Assembly (NCBI GenBank): GCA_003427395.1
Contig: BFEA01000004.1
Location: 3,056,276 to 3,111,035, forward strand
DNA: 54,760 nt
Direction of reading: 5' to 3'
Source of the DNA: Chara braunii
Taxonomy: Eukaryota > Plantae > Charophyceae
This document shows positions 1 to 13,444 of the stretch, one piece after another; the first letter of the stretch is position 1, and each line of letters opens with the position of its first letter. The notes under the pieces were generated by a model. The model saw nothing but the letters and a program-made list of their open reading frames with translations, did not search any database and was not told the DNA's origin. The position numbers were made by a program, and so were the translations under genes.

Positions 1-71
<71 letters not shown>
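1..71. repeat. (CA)n microsatellite
   Basis: Pure CA run at the window start. Confidence 0.99.
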
Positions 72-73
<2 letters not shown>

Positions 74-144
74 CCCTCGGCCCAGACCCCTGTGCCCTGC
101 GCAAACGCGTCAAACGCGTTCAGCTGCGTTCTATGAACGTGCGC

Positions 145-1260
145 TCAACGCGTTCGAAAACTGAACGTGGAACCCGCGTTCAACAAACGCGCAGCAACAC
201 AGCACGTGTCGAAATGTGCCTCGTTCGGCGGTTGCACAACACCGCCATTAGGCACCACAAGCCATGGCATGGGTCCATTGCCGTTGTCGGCGAGCACGTA
301 TCCCCTCGTTTGCACTGCGTATGGAAGGTCCAACACATCCGCCCAAAACAAGGTGTTACCTTCTGCGCGTCTGTGAAGCGATGAATTGATCAAAACCCTA
401 GCATCGTGAACGCTGCCCGGATACGCTACGAAAACGTCCAGCGCGAGCATGTCCTGATCGACACGACTTGAGCCACAACGGACTACTATTGCTTTCTATC
501 GTACTAATAATTCTCTGATGGCACGTACTTTGGCTTGTCAATATAGATGTGGGTGCAATCCATGCTACCGAAGTTATTTCGGAAGCCCTTTGCCGCAAAG
601 ACGTGTAGCTTGCAACAATAGTCGGCCAGTCGACATGACTAACTTGTCAGGGTACGCTGACCAGATAGCATTGGTCACTTCCCTCATCGCCTTGATACCA
701 GTCGACTGACCCATCCCGAATGACGATGTCACATTGTCAAAATTCTCATTAGAAGCCCATATGTACAGAGCGAATGCCACCAACTGCTCCGGTTGCAAAA
801 AAGTTTGGTAGTGAGTATCGGACCGACCAAGAAATGTCACGCAAGGAGAGACGATGTTGTAGAAAGCCCCTCTCGTCATTCTCAACTTCTCAGGAAAATA
901 ATCGTAGGTGACGTCATCGTCGATTATCAAATTTTGCCACGTGTCGCCGGTTCTCCTCCTAATCCACCACAGTGACTGTGGTGTTTCCCGCAGAAGAACT
1001 TCCGACACGGTGCATTCGCCGTAAGGAAAGGCGCATCCCAAACAACGGTGGAGGAATGCGAATTCACAATGGTGTGAGTGACGATTGTCTCCCTCACCCC
1101 AATTCTTCTCGTCGCCATGTGCCGCAATGTCGTTGTCTGTTGCAGGTGTGTCGACACGGCGAGCAACGTTGTCACCATCAACCGCCTCTCTCGCTCTAAA
1201 AGCTCTCCGTGACATGGTGCAGACCCCTCCACTGAGATGGAGGTAAACAGTACGTCGTCC
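145..1260 (-). pseudogene. PIF/Harbinger DDE transposase (DDE_Tnp_4/HARBI1-like), frameshifted relic
   Basis: ORF 574..1215 has FPEKLRMTRGAF...PEQLVAFALYIWAS...SFGMGQST (N-terminal HTH region). ORF 145..450 has LDVFVAYPGSVHDARVL..SSL and GYVLADNG, matching the family motifs PGSxHDxRV and YLLGDxGY. Confidence 0.85.
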
Positions 1261-1825
1261 ATGGCTAAGCTATGACAGTTCGCGGAACCCCACTTCCGCA
1301 CCAAGGGCCTGCCAGCGACAGAAATCGGCCACGGTGACCACCGCACGCACACTCGCCGAACTTCAGCAAAAACATGTCTTCACTTCCGCACACATGCCAA
1401 TCTTGTTCGCTGCGGAGCACCACAATGAACCGGCCTCAAATTTTAAATTTTGAAAACCGTCGCGCGCGCGCTTCGACGCAACACCTAGCCCCGAGGCGGA
1501 CCCTTGAGTCACGAACACTCCCCTACAGGCGGACATCTCTAGGGCTGGGTGCTGGCCTACTGGATCACATGGCCCATAATGGCCGCAAGCAGGTCTCCGT
1601 AGAACAGGGAACCAGAGGGGGGTTCCTTCCAAGTGCGTCATTTTTAAGAGCGGCCTCTAGTGCGCATGGAACGCGGAGGTGGCGTAGAGTAAATTAATAA
1701 CAATTTTGTGATTAGGGCGCACTTGAAACTTAAGAGTTTTTTAGTGGTGTGGAACAAAGCTCTCCCCCCCCCCCCTCCTCTCTGTATGTGTTTGTGCGTA
1801 TGTGTCTTATTATTTTTTTTTTCCC

Positions 1826-1878
1826 TTAGCCTCATATACCTTCCTGGGCAAGATTGGTGCCCGCCACCTAGAGATAGC
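1826..1878 (+). mobile_element. 5'-truncated fragment of the tRNA-derived SINE
   Basis: cctcatataccttcctgggcaagattggtgcccgccacctagagatag matches 13508-13556 and the reverse complement of 25117-25165. Confidence 0.7.
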
Positions 1879-2609
1879 CCGTTGCCCCCCCCCACTCCTA
1901 AGAAAAACAATGGTCCTCGTGTAACACCATCGTGAGGGCCCAACGAAAAAAACGGTAAGGAGGTGGCACCCGTGGAGCGCGGCCCGTCTCAACGAGTCCC
2001 GAATGTTTTGAGTGTCGGGCGGTGTGATGAGCCACCTTGAATTTTTTTAGTGTTGGGCAGTGCGGGGAACTGCCAAATGCCAGGCGGTGTGGAGAACACA
2101 GAGACAACACCGCCACCGGATATGTGCTGAGCCGAATGTACGGTAAGCGGCAAGAGGCAGTGGGGTGCGCTCGACGCGAAGAGGACAGGGTGTGGTCGTG
2201 TGCATGGTCTTTGGTCGAAGGAGCTTGACACAGGCGTGCATGACGAGGTGTTCGAGTACAGAGAGGCAGCGGGGTGTGATCGCGGGCATGGTCACTGACC
2301 GATGTGTCATCATTGGTCGCCATGATCCTTCATGGCCGAACGGACGATGAGCGGGAAGGTTTTTTTTTTTCTGGTTCAACTGACCCTAAGCAATTCGGAA
2401 TGATTTTGTTCTCTTCATCGGAGGGCATGTGGATTAGAGATTGGGAGAAGAGAGGAGCGATGAGGAAAGAAAAGGGAACTAACAAACGAGTATTAATGTA
2501 GAAGGAGATAAAGGAAAGCGGCTTGTACAGCGAAGGGTGTGAAAGGGTCGTGATGAGGGGGATTACCAGTGTCAAGGGAGGAACGAGTATAAGCGTAAAA
2601 GGAAAGAAA

Positions 2610-3131
2610 CAACAAAAAAATTCCCACGAGAAATAAAAGTTGAAAAAACACTCCATAAAAAAAAACTCCTTCATATTTATAAATTATCATTCCAATGTTC
2701 GTCCAACTCTGAAATTTCCAATTTAATTTGATAAGTTCTCGTCTAAATATGAGTTTTCCCTTCCAACTACATCTATTTGTTCAAGATGGAATGAAAGTCT
2801 GGACGAGTTTATAAAATGTTTTAATTAAACTTTCATTCTACTACAACAAATATCTTCTAATTTAGATTGGATTAACCTATTTATGACAATAAATCCTTAC
2901 TTAGAATGATAGTCAAATTAAAATATTTCATGAACTCATCCAGACTTTCATTCCATCTCTAGCATGCATTTCAAATAAGAAGGGATACCTCATTCTTGGA
3001 AGGAAAGTTTTCAATTAAGACGAAAAATTTTAAAATTGGAATGACATTTTTTAAGATGGAATGAAAATTTTAAATTTAGAATGTAATTTGACTCTAGAAT
3101 GATTATTTAATTCTGGAAAATTTTTCTGTTG
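2610..3131 (+). mobile_element. AT-rich MITE, CAAC...GTTG family
   Basis: Starts caacaaaaaaattccc and ends gaaaatttttctgttg (TIR), flanked aa|...|aa. Body matches the copies at 13557, 16730, 17959 and 18901. Confidence 0.85.
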
Positions 3132-3616
3132 AAGGAAAGAAGCTTGAGCAGGGAAGGGCGTGAAACAGTCGTGATGAGGGGGATTATGAGCGTGAGATAA
3201 AGAAAAGCAAAAGACATCAAAGAAGGAAGGGTATGCCATAGTAAGGCTTACATTACCGGAAGATGAGTATTTGGTCGGCGACGACTTTTGGATATCATCA
3301 TTGCAATTCACAACGATTTTGTTCTCATTATCTGACGGCATTTGGATTCAAGGTTGAGTTTGTCTTTCAAGTTGGCCACGCTCGATGTACGTGACTGTTT
3401 TGGTGAAGAAGCAAGGAGGGAGGAGGGAAGAAAAACGGGCTACCAGAATAAATGGAGGAGGAGGTGAAGGGGACGGAGAAGGAGGCGGAGAACATAAGAA
3501 AAAGTAGAAATGTATGATTCTTTCAGTGGAGGAGGAAAGAAAAGGGTGCACAAACAAGAGGAGAAAGGGAGAAGGGGGAGGGGAAAAAAACGGACCGAGG
3601 AGGAGGAGAAAGTGTC

Positions 3617-4938
3617 TTTTCGGTCTCTAACGGGTTTTGGGGTACCTTCTTTTTGGCGAACGGGTAATGCATGGGATCAATGGTCGTTGTGGCCCTCCCA
3701 CTTCAAAACATTTTCGCATTCTAGGAATTTTCAGAATTTTTCTTTGTTTTTCTTCAAAATTTCATGAACGTACGTAGGAATTACGCATGCCTTAGCGAGC
3801 ACATTAGGATATTTGTTCGACAGTTGGAAACTTTGAAATTTGTGGCCGCACTTCCCGCTAACGTGTCCTTTCTTGAGCATGAGTGTTCCCAAATCCGCCT
3901 CGAAAAGCTCTGTGAATTTTCTAAGGAGATTTGAACACCCATAGGATTTTCACGAGTCTAATTCCACTCGCAGATATTGCTTTTGAATTTTTCAATCTTA
4001 AACTAGTTTAGGAGTTCGGATGGACGCAACGTAACTATTTTCTGTGCCTTTTTATTTATGTACAAGCACCATGCATACAAGCTTCTCCTGCTTTCCGCTG
4101 CATCCCAAACCATCTTCACCTTTCTCTCTTTCGCGGCTTCTTCCCTTGACATGTAATTGTTTTTCACTTCGTGCTTCTTTTTCCCTACCTTCACCTGAAT
4201 CTTGGTCCCCCACCACACCGTTCTTCGTCACCTCTCCTTTTCCCCGTTCATCCTTGTACAGGATGTCCCTACCAATTCCCTCTCAGATATTTCAAGCCAT
4301 AAGACAACAGTGTGTAAGGATAATAAATCCCCCCTGCACTGTGATCTGATTGGCTGTGAAGAGCTCACGCAGATCGATATGGCTTTCCCAATGCAATTAA
4401 TCCCTATCTCATTTTCCCTCTCTTCTACCTCCCCTTCCTTCTCTCTCATCGTCTATCTCCTTCTTCACAACTATAAAATTTGCAAGCGCATCCGAAAAAC
4501 TCTCTCTCTCAACTCATCTGTCAGCTTCCGGGAAGTGGTGGCTAGATGACGTGATGATCAGCGAGTCGGAAAGTCCACTGTAGTTTTGCAAGGTTGTGAG
4601 CAGAGTGGACATGACGGACTGTGGGATTTGGGAAAATCAGTGTGGAAACTAGGTTGGCGGGGTGACGATCGTTGTGGTGCGGAGGTCGGTACTACTACGT
4701 GGCGGTCGGGATCGCCAATGCTCAAGGAAGGTGTGTGTGTCAACAAGTGGTTGCATGGCCTGAGGCCATGGCATGAGAGAAGAAAGTTTGCGACGAACTT
4801 GCGCGCCTTGTTCTTCGTCCATTTCTCATTTTAGAAGCTAAATGCACTGCAAAGCGCTGGTTTCTTTCAATTGTGCGACTGTGTTACTCTGCTTCTCTTC
4901 TTGGTCTACTTGTTCGGTCAAGCTATGACTTTTAAAAT

Positions 4939-5027
<89 letters not shown>

Positions 5028-6598
5028 GTGTGGTTTGAATGTGTGTGTAAGTGTGTGAATAATTGGATAATGTGACGTCTTCCTCATCTCTGACTATACC
5101 CGAATCCCCACCATGCTCATCTCTTTAAGTCCGATCGGGTCTCGCAAGAGCGAGCATCATCGAACTTAAGGAACTAGCGAGGTCTAGTCACCCTGTCTCT
5201 TCTGCTCTCTTTACTTATTTTTGTGTGATCAATGGCATGTGTTCATGACAATGATTGATATGTGCCCCCGCTTATTTTTGACAATCGGAGTTTCACCGGA
5301 TGAACCAAGTCGAACATAGAAATTAGTTAGGAGAGAAGCACTTCTTTATATAATTCAAGAGTTGTTTTTATGCATATGATCTTTATGCATGGTTTATTCT
5401 TATTTATTTCCTCCCTTGAATGTATGTTAGATAGTTGCCTTTTGGATTGGGTCTCATTGCACAGACTCATGTCTTTAGTTAGCCTATATTATGACTTTGA
5501 GATAATAAGAATCTAGTGTCGTTTTTTTTTTAATCTCTTTGAATTTGTTTTCGGTCGACAAACGAATTCAGTAGACAAGCGCAATCAGTCCACTTATGCC
5601 ATTTGGACCGATTATACTGATCCGACTGGGCGCCGACCTCCCGTATCCCCACAGCGTCTGTTCTCGTATAACGAGGAAAGGACCCGTGTATGTAAGTTGG
5701 ACATACGAGAAGCAGTCGCAAAGATCGGATGACGTTTAACTTATTGGTTTCCATCCGAAACAAGATATTCAGGATTGAGAGGCGCTGGTTTCGTCAACGT
5801 TGATACTCATTTTCAGCCTTATTGTCTTTTAACAAGTTGATCGTTATCTCGTGGACGGCGGTGGCACCTCATTGGCTCATCATTCTCTGTAGTGATTATC
5901 GTCGCACCGAGCATTATCAGGAAAGATGTTCCACTACCGGACACGTAGCGAGGACGAGCATAAGGAAAGAGCAACCAAGTTGCAACCTTCCACGTTGGAT
6001 TCTGAGTTCTTTCGTGAGCAACGGCGATACTTTATTCGAACACGGATCCCACGCGCATATCCTCGTCTTTCTATTCGAAAAGATGTCGAGTAGACCGCTT
6101 GGAATTTCAAAGATACTTTTTGGATTAAACGAACGTTTGAAAGTCACGCGAGCTTGTTCTTTCCCACGCGACGATTGTCATTTCTCGCAAAAAAAGGAAT
6201 CACACGAGAAATTCTTGTTCTCTCCGGGTCTTCACACTCAAACTTTCCAAAACTCTTTCACACACTTCATTGTTGATGTTCTTTCAGGGTTTGTTCCACA
6301 TATTTAATCACTCTGAAGGAAAGATATTGCAGGGTGTGAGGTTAGAACGTCACATGTTAACGCATAGCGCTCCTAGCAGCGCTGCATCAAACTCTCTATT
6401 GTTTTTGTCGCTTTTGTTCTTCCCATTTTTTTCTTATTTCTTTTGGTTCGTATGACTTTGTTTTGCTTATCTTGGTTTGCCCTAGATTCAAACTCGGGGC
6501 TGTATTCCAACAATTTATGGGTGTACCAACTGAGTTAGGCTAATTGTTCTTTGTTTTCCCTCTTCGACCACTTTCACTCTTTCTTTTGTTCCTTTTGT
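3617..6598. repeat. ~3-kb diverged direct repeat, copy 1 (possibly a decayed Penelope-like element)
   Basis: Collinear with 10097-12966, from tttcggtctctaacggg to ccactttcac..ttct. Contains (CT)n at 4940-5023. Confidence 0.85.
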
Positions 6599-7215
6599 GG
6601 CAAAACAGGAAAATGCGTCGAAATTGTCCCCGCGATTTATTTTGCGGTTGATTTTTTTTTTTTTTTTTTCCATATAAAGATCACGACAAAATTTATGGAC
6701 CGTCAAATTTAAAAACGCGTGACAACCAACCAATAACATACCCCCACTTAGCCCGATCCAAGAGAAACTTGCCTTCTCACTCAACTATGACGCTCAGGGC
6801 ACTTTACCTCTTGTCCTTGCACACCAATCAAGGGGGAGGGTAAGTTGGGGTAACCGCCTATCGAGAATCTCAAGGTTCAATATGCTATGTCAACCCCAGT
6901 ATTCATTTGAGCAAAGGACTTGCGAATGATTGACAATAGAATTTTTTTTAAAATGATAAAATTACATAAATGAAAAATCTTCCTCCTAGTCCTCATGTGA
7001 TACCATACCAGAGCAACAAGTCACCCAAACCCCACAATAAAGTCATTATCTTTATTGTTGTTATGTCGTATAACCATCCCACCAGCTCCTCAATGCTCGC
7101 AAGGAGCTTGACAACTAACCCACAACATACCTACACGAGAGAAGGTTAACCGACCCCCCAATTTTCACTCCCATTTATAAGAAAACCAAAGGGTCATTTT
7201 AACCATACTTCACAC

Positions 7216-7573
7216 CTACGTTGCATAGAGTACACGTACGGGGGCTTCCCATACGAAACATTCAGGTTATTTTTGTACAAGATCTGTACGGAAACCTGTA
7301 CGGGAACCTGTACGTCTTGTACGCCCCCATACGAAAAAGCAAAAAAAAAAAAAAAAAAAGTCATCAAAAAAATCCGAAAAAAAACTATGTGATGCAAAAA
7401 CACAAAACAAGCAACATTTGGTTGAGCNNNNNNNNNNNNNNNNNNNNNNNNNNNNNNNNNNNNNNNNAAAAAAAAAAAAAAAACTCGTACGGGGCCCCTA
7501 GTGTACGAGTAGCATACGAGTACAAGAGTACGAATCCGTACTCGTACGAGGGTGCGTACAAGTGGCAACGTAG
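7216..7573. mobile_element. hAT-type MITE
   Basis: TIR ctacgttgc / gcaacgtag; perfect 8-bp TSD cttcacac (7208-7215, 7574-7581); subterminal (c)gtac repeats. Confidence 0.85.
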
Positions 7574-10096
7574 CTTCACACCAATTTGTAGAGTGCACTT
7601 CTTAAGTGGGGGTACCTGTTAACCATTTGTGCACATAACCTAATACAGGAGAAAGTCTAATTCTCGCTCAAAAAGACGTCCATGGCGCTTGCCTCCTTCC
7701 CTTAGGGACCAATCAAGGAAGAGGGGGCAAGGGAGGTAAGTTGAGGTAAACCTTTGTCTTAGATCCTCAAACTCTAGTATTTTATGCCAACCTTAAATAG
7801 CAAGAAATTATAAAAATTATGAAAATTATAAAACTACGAGAATTAAAGGAATTACAAGTAGATTTCATAATGCAATCATAATATTTGAAGTCAATTGATT
7901 CGAGCATATGCAAATCACTAATAGTTTCAAAACGTAAGGAAATAGTTTGAAAAACTTGAAGTAACGAACATACTCGTCATCAATAAATACAGACCAGATA
8001 TCGAAGGAAATATGTGATCATGTACTTTAAGGAATATTAGCTAAGATCGCCAAGTTATGAACGGGTTTCAACTCATGTTTTCGAAAGTGTTATGATTATT
8101 ATTAGTTAGACAAAAGTTGAGTAAAAAACAAGGTTATTTGCTCGTCTGGCTAGGTATGTCCGGGCGGGCGTGCCCGGACGCGCACAGGGCCCAGGGTTCG
8201 TCTGGGTAACCCAGGCAGACCAGAACATGGCCTGATTTTTTTTTATTTTTTTTTTAGGGGATTGTTGTTTTGTGCTCGTTGAGAGCATGTATAATACACC
8301 CTCAAACTGAAAAAATAATAATTGTCCTTCCTGAGGGTTTGAGGGGTGGAATGGGGTGGTATTTTGGCCAAGTGCATTGCCTGCAGTGCTGAATTGTTTG
8401 CACATGGGAGGAGGAAGGAGATAGCAGAAGGACGTTGAAGGAGATAGCGGGAGTGGAACAAGGAGTTAGCAAGGGGAGAAGATTGTGGGGCGATGGAGAC
8501 GCACCTAAACGGTTTTAAAGTCGTTACAACAAAAAAAAGAAAGGCATGTGGTGGGAATGTAGCATGTGGCACACGTTNNNNNNNNNNNNNNNNNNNNNNN
8601 NNNNNNNNNNNNNNNNNNNNNNNNNNNNNNNNNNNNNNNNNNNNNNNNNNNNNNNNNNNNNNNNNNNNNNNNNNNNNNNNNNNNNNNNNNNNNNNNNNNN
8701 NNNNNNNNNNNNNNNNNNNNNNNNNNNNNNNNNNNNNNNNNNNNNNNNNNNNNNNNNAAAACAAAGAAGAAGAAGATACTTTACCCTGTGGTATGCAACT
8801 TGCGCGGAGGAGTCGGAGGGTGACTACCATGAGGTCACGCAGCTCGGGCAATGGAGGGCACAGAGGTCGAACAGCTCGCCGATGATGGCGACTCCAACGG
8901 GGTGGGGAAGCTGGCGAGTGGGATACCAAGGGATTAACTCCAAGTGGGGGTGGGGTGGAATCAAAGTACCCGCTTTCATACTCAAATCTTGGCTGCTCAA
9001 TCCAGGCTGCCGATCTTCAAAGATTAGCGACCCAGATTGGGCCACCAAAAAATTGCCTGAGAGGCCATGTACATATTGTCGGGGTTCCAATTTTTTGGGG
9101 GTGCTCCCTTTGCATGTGGAAGGTCAGGGAGTGGCCTTCGCAGGGGAAACTAGCCAATCGTGAAAATGCCCTAGGCCTGCCCGTAACCTGCCTGAGGGGG
9201 CCGTCTGGAGGGACCACCCAAGGCGGCACCCAAGTAGGACCTCGTGACCTAGGCCGCCTGGAAAATAACTCAATTAAAAAATTCATTCTCAAACTAGCAT
9301 CCCTAATCATCCATGCAAATATCATTATCAAAGGTCCAAAGCCATTTCAAATCCTCTTCAGAGTCAAAAGGACTAATTTTGTAGTGTGATTTTGCTATAA
9401 CTCCGATTGTCTGTAATACAGATATAAAAGGCATTTATGAAGAGCTATGTTCCCATGTAGGGGCTTTGCGTCTGCCATCCTAAGTTTATAACTCGCCAAG
9501 TGAAATAGCCTTAACCTCCTCAAAATTGCCATATATCAACTCCGTATACACCAAATTGAATCTTGTTGATTCATTCCTTTGGACCGCACCCCTCCACCTA
9601 TGTTTGGCAAGAGCTTCCCTCTCCTCACCATGTGGACGGCAAAATGAGCCGCCCTCCACTCATGAACGCTTTTCAAACCGGATTGCATCACAATAGGCGT
9701 TGTCGAGCCTGCCGACAAGGCCTCCCAGGAGGTTCGAACTACTGAGGCAGTGGCATAGAGATCAATTGAGGTGAGACAACCATAAAAAAATAATAGTGTG
9801 TTGAAAATAAATTTTACCTGCGATTGTAGATAGGTTCATCCTGAAGGAGGAAGCTCACTCCCACCTTTCGTCATCGACTGCATCACATCTCTAAGCCAGT
9901 CTGCCCCCTACGTACACGTCATCCCTATCCACGTCACCTGCGCCCCAACAATACATCACCACTTTTGGCAAAGTATGTGCATCATTGTGCCCAAGCATGC
10001 ACAGGGGAGACCTAATGCTCCTAACCGCCAGGATGTATATGACGTGCCATCTTTCGTGTTTAAACGAGCTTCTAAGACCCTAAGATGGTATTTTGT

Positions 10097-11405
10097 TTTT
10101 CGGTCTCTAACGGGTTCTTAGGTACCTTCTTTTTGCAGATGGGTGACGCATGGAATCAATGGTCCCTGAGGCCCTCCCACTGCAAAACGTATTCACTTTC
10201 TCGAAATTTTTAGAATTTTTCCTTGTTGTTTTCAAAATTTCATGAACTTACGTAAGAATTACGCACGCCTTAGAGAGCGCACTAGGAATTTTGTTCGACA
10301 GTTGGGAACTATGAAATTTGCGACCGCACTTCCCGCTGATATGTCCTGATTTTAGCATCAGTGTTCCCAAATCCGCCTCGGAAAGCTTTGTAACCTTTAT
10401 AAAAATATATGAATAGGCGTAGGATTTTTGCTCGTCTAATTCTGCACACAGATATTGCTTTTGAATTGTTTAATCTTTAACTAATTTTAGAGCTCGGATA
10501 GACGAAACTTAACTGTTTTCAATACCTTTTTGTTTCTGTACCGGCGCCATGCATGCAAGCTTCCTCTGCTTCTTGCTGCATCCCAAGCCATCTTCACCTT
10601 TCTCTCCTCAGTGCCTTCTTCCCTTGACTTATAACTGTTTTCCACTTCACGATTCTTTTTCCCTCCCTTCATCTGAATCATGGTCCTGCACTTCATCGTT
10701 CTTCGCTCCCTCTTCTTTCCCGCCTTCGTCCTCGTACAGGAAGTACCTACCAAACCCTCCCAGAGACTTCAAGCGATCAGACAACAGCGTGTAAGGATAA
10801 TTAATCCCCCCCGCACTGTTATCTGATTAGCTGCGAAGAACTCACGCGGATCGATATGACTTTCCCAAGGCAATTAATCACTATCTCATCTTCCCTCTCT
10901 TCTACTTCCCCTTCCTTTTCTCCCATTGTCTATCTCCCTCTTCACAACTATAAAATCCAAAAAGTGCGTCCGAAAAACTCTCCTCTAAACCCATATACCA
11001 GCTTTCGGGAAGTATTGGCTAGATGACGTGATCATCAATGAGTCGAACAGTCATGACAAGCCAACTATAATTTTGCAAGGTTCTGCATGGGGTGGCAGCG
11101 ACGCACTGCGGGATCTGGGTAAGTCAGTGTGGAAACAAGGTTGATAGGGTGACGATCGTTGTGGTGTGGAGGTCGGTACATGGCGGTCTGGATCGCCAAT
11201 GATATGTGTGTTGACGAGTGGTTGCATGACCCAAGGCCGTGATATGAGACAAAAAGGATCTGGTATGCAAGCCTTATTCTTTGTCCATGTCTCATTTTAG
11301 AAGCTAAGTGCATGGTGAAGCGCCGGCTCCTTTCAATTATGCGAGTGTGTTACTCTGCTTCTCTACTTGGTTCACTTCTTCGGTCAAGCTACGACTTTGT
11401 CACTC

Positions 11406-11442
<37 letters not shown>

Positions 11443-12966
11443 AATGATTGTATAATAAGACGTCTGCCTCCCCACTCTGCTCGTCTTTTAAGTCCAATCG
11501 CTTCTCGCAAGAGCGAGCACCATCAAACTTAAGGAACTAGCAAGGTTAGTCACCCAGTCTCTTTCACTCTCTTTACTTTTTTGTATAATGAATGGTATGT
11601 GTTCATGGCAATAATCAATATGTATGTAAGAGTTTTTGCCCCCGCTTCAAGTTATTTTTAACGATCGGAGTTTCACCAGATGAACTCGATCGAACATAGA
11701 AATCAGTTGGGAGAGAAAAACTTCCTTTTATGACGCGAGTGTTGTTTTCATGCATCTGCTTTATGCATGGTTTATTCGTTTTTTTTTCCTCCCTTAAATG
11801 AATGCTAGATAGTTCTTTTTTAATTAGATTGAATTGCACGGACTCACGTATCTAGTTAGCCTATGTCATGACTTTCAGATAATGAGAGCCAACCGTTTTT
11901 TATCTCTTTGGATTTATTTTCGGTCGAATGACGAATTTACTAGACAAGCGCAATCAACCCACGTATGCCACGTGGACTGCTTATAACGATCACGTTGGGC
12001 GCCAACTCCGTGTATCTCCGCAACAGTCGATCCCGTATAACAAGGAAATGACACGTGTATGTGAGTGAGATGTACGAGAAGCAGTTGCAAAGATCGGAGG
12101 ACGGTATTATTTTCCTCTCGAAACATGATGTTCAGGATTTATGGACGTTGGTTTTGTCATCGTTGATACTCATTTTCCGCCTTATTCCTTATTATTGTCT
12201 TTTAACAAGTTGATTGTCATCTCGTGGACGGCGATGACACTTCTTTGGTCCAACAACCTCTGTTATGATTATCGCCTCACCGAGCGTCGTCAGGAAAGGG
12301 GATTGCACGCTTGGACACATGGCTAGGGCGGGCATAAATAAAGTGCAACAAGGTTGCGACCTTCTACGCCGGATTATAATCTGTGTAGTCGGCGACGATG
12401 GGACTTAAATGGGATCCCACGTGCGTATCTCCCCACCTTTCCGTTTGAAAAGACGTGGAGTAGCCTGTATGGAAGTTCAATGATACTTTTTGGATTAAAC
12501 GAACATTTAAAAGTTGTGTGTTCTTCTTCTTTCTTGCACGACAATGACAATTTCTCGCTAAGAAAGGAAACCACGTGGGAGATTCCTCTTCTGTCGGGGT
12601 CTCCACACTCAGTTTCTCCAAAAAAAATTGGCACGCCCCGTTGTTGTTGTTCTTTTAGGGTTTGTTCCACATATTTAATCACTCCGACCGGAAGATAGCA
12701 CAGGGCATGGGGTAAGGATATCACACGTTGATGCATAGTGCTTCTAGCAGCGATGCACCCAACTCTGCATTGTTTTTATTTCTTTTGTTCTTTGTATTTT
12801 TTTATTTTTATTTTGGTTCTTGTGATTTTATTTTGCTAATCTTGGTTGGCTCTGTATTGAAACTTAGGGTAGTATTTCAATAATTCATTGGCGTGCCAAC
12901 TGAGCTAGGCTCATTGTTCTTTGTTTTCCATTTTCAACCACTTTCACGCTTTCTTCTGTTCTTTTT
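10097..12966. repeat. ~3-kb diverged direct repeat, copy 2
   Basis: Collinear with 3617-6598, with a shorter (CT)n at ~11410-11439. Confidence 0.85.
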
Positions 12967-13444
12967 TTGTTTTTTGGGAAAATTGCATCGTACCCCGTTT
13001 AAGCCACCACTACCTTTCTCAATGTTAAGAAAAACTGTGATTTAACTTGAACCTACTCCGAAATGTCTGGAGGTCCCGTGGAGGCTCGGCCTCCTTAGCC
13101 CCATGTGGGACAACCCTTGAAAAAAAGAAAAAGGGAAAAAAAAATTCATGGAGATCACTGATTTCGGGTAACGCTCGCCATGAGGTCATACCCACACTAG
13201 TGTTTCCCGAAATAAATATGACCAGTAAAAGAGCGAAATCCTTATTGCTTTTTCTTTTCTATGTTCTATTTGTGCTCTCTCATCGAGGCATGGCGTGTTC
13301 CACGTTCTGCCATGGGTACCATTAACTAAGGGCCAAGTTTTTTTTTTCCCTCAGGATTACTTTTTTTTTTTTTTTTTTTTTTAAGAGTACCTTTTTTTTT
13401 CTTCATTTTTTTAGGAGTAAGAAAAACAAATTGAAACATCCAAC

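Noticed and set aside
8760-10060. Possible decayed coding sequence between the 3-kb repeats
   Set aside because: No recognisable motif in any frame, so it cannot be called.
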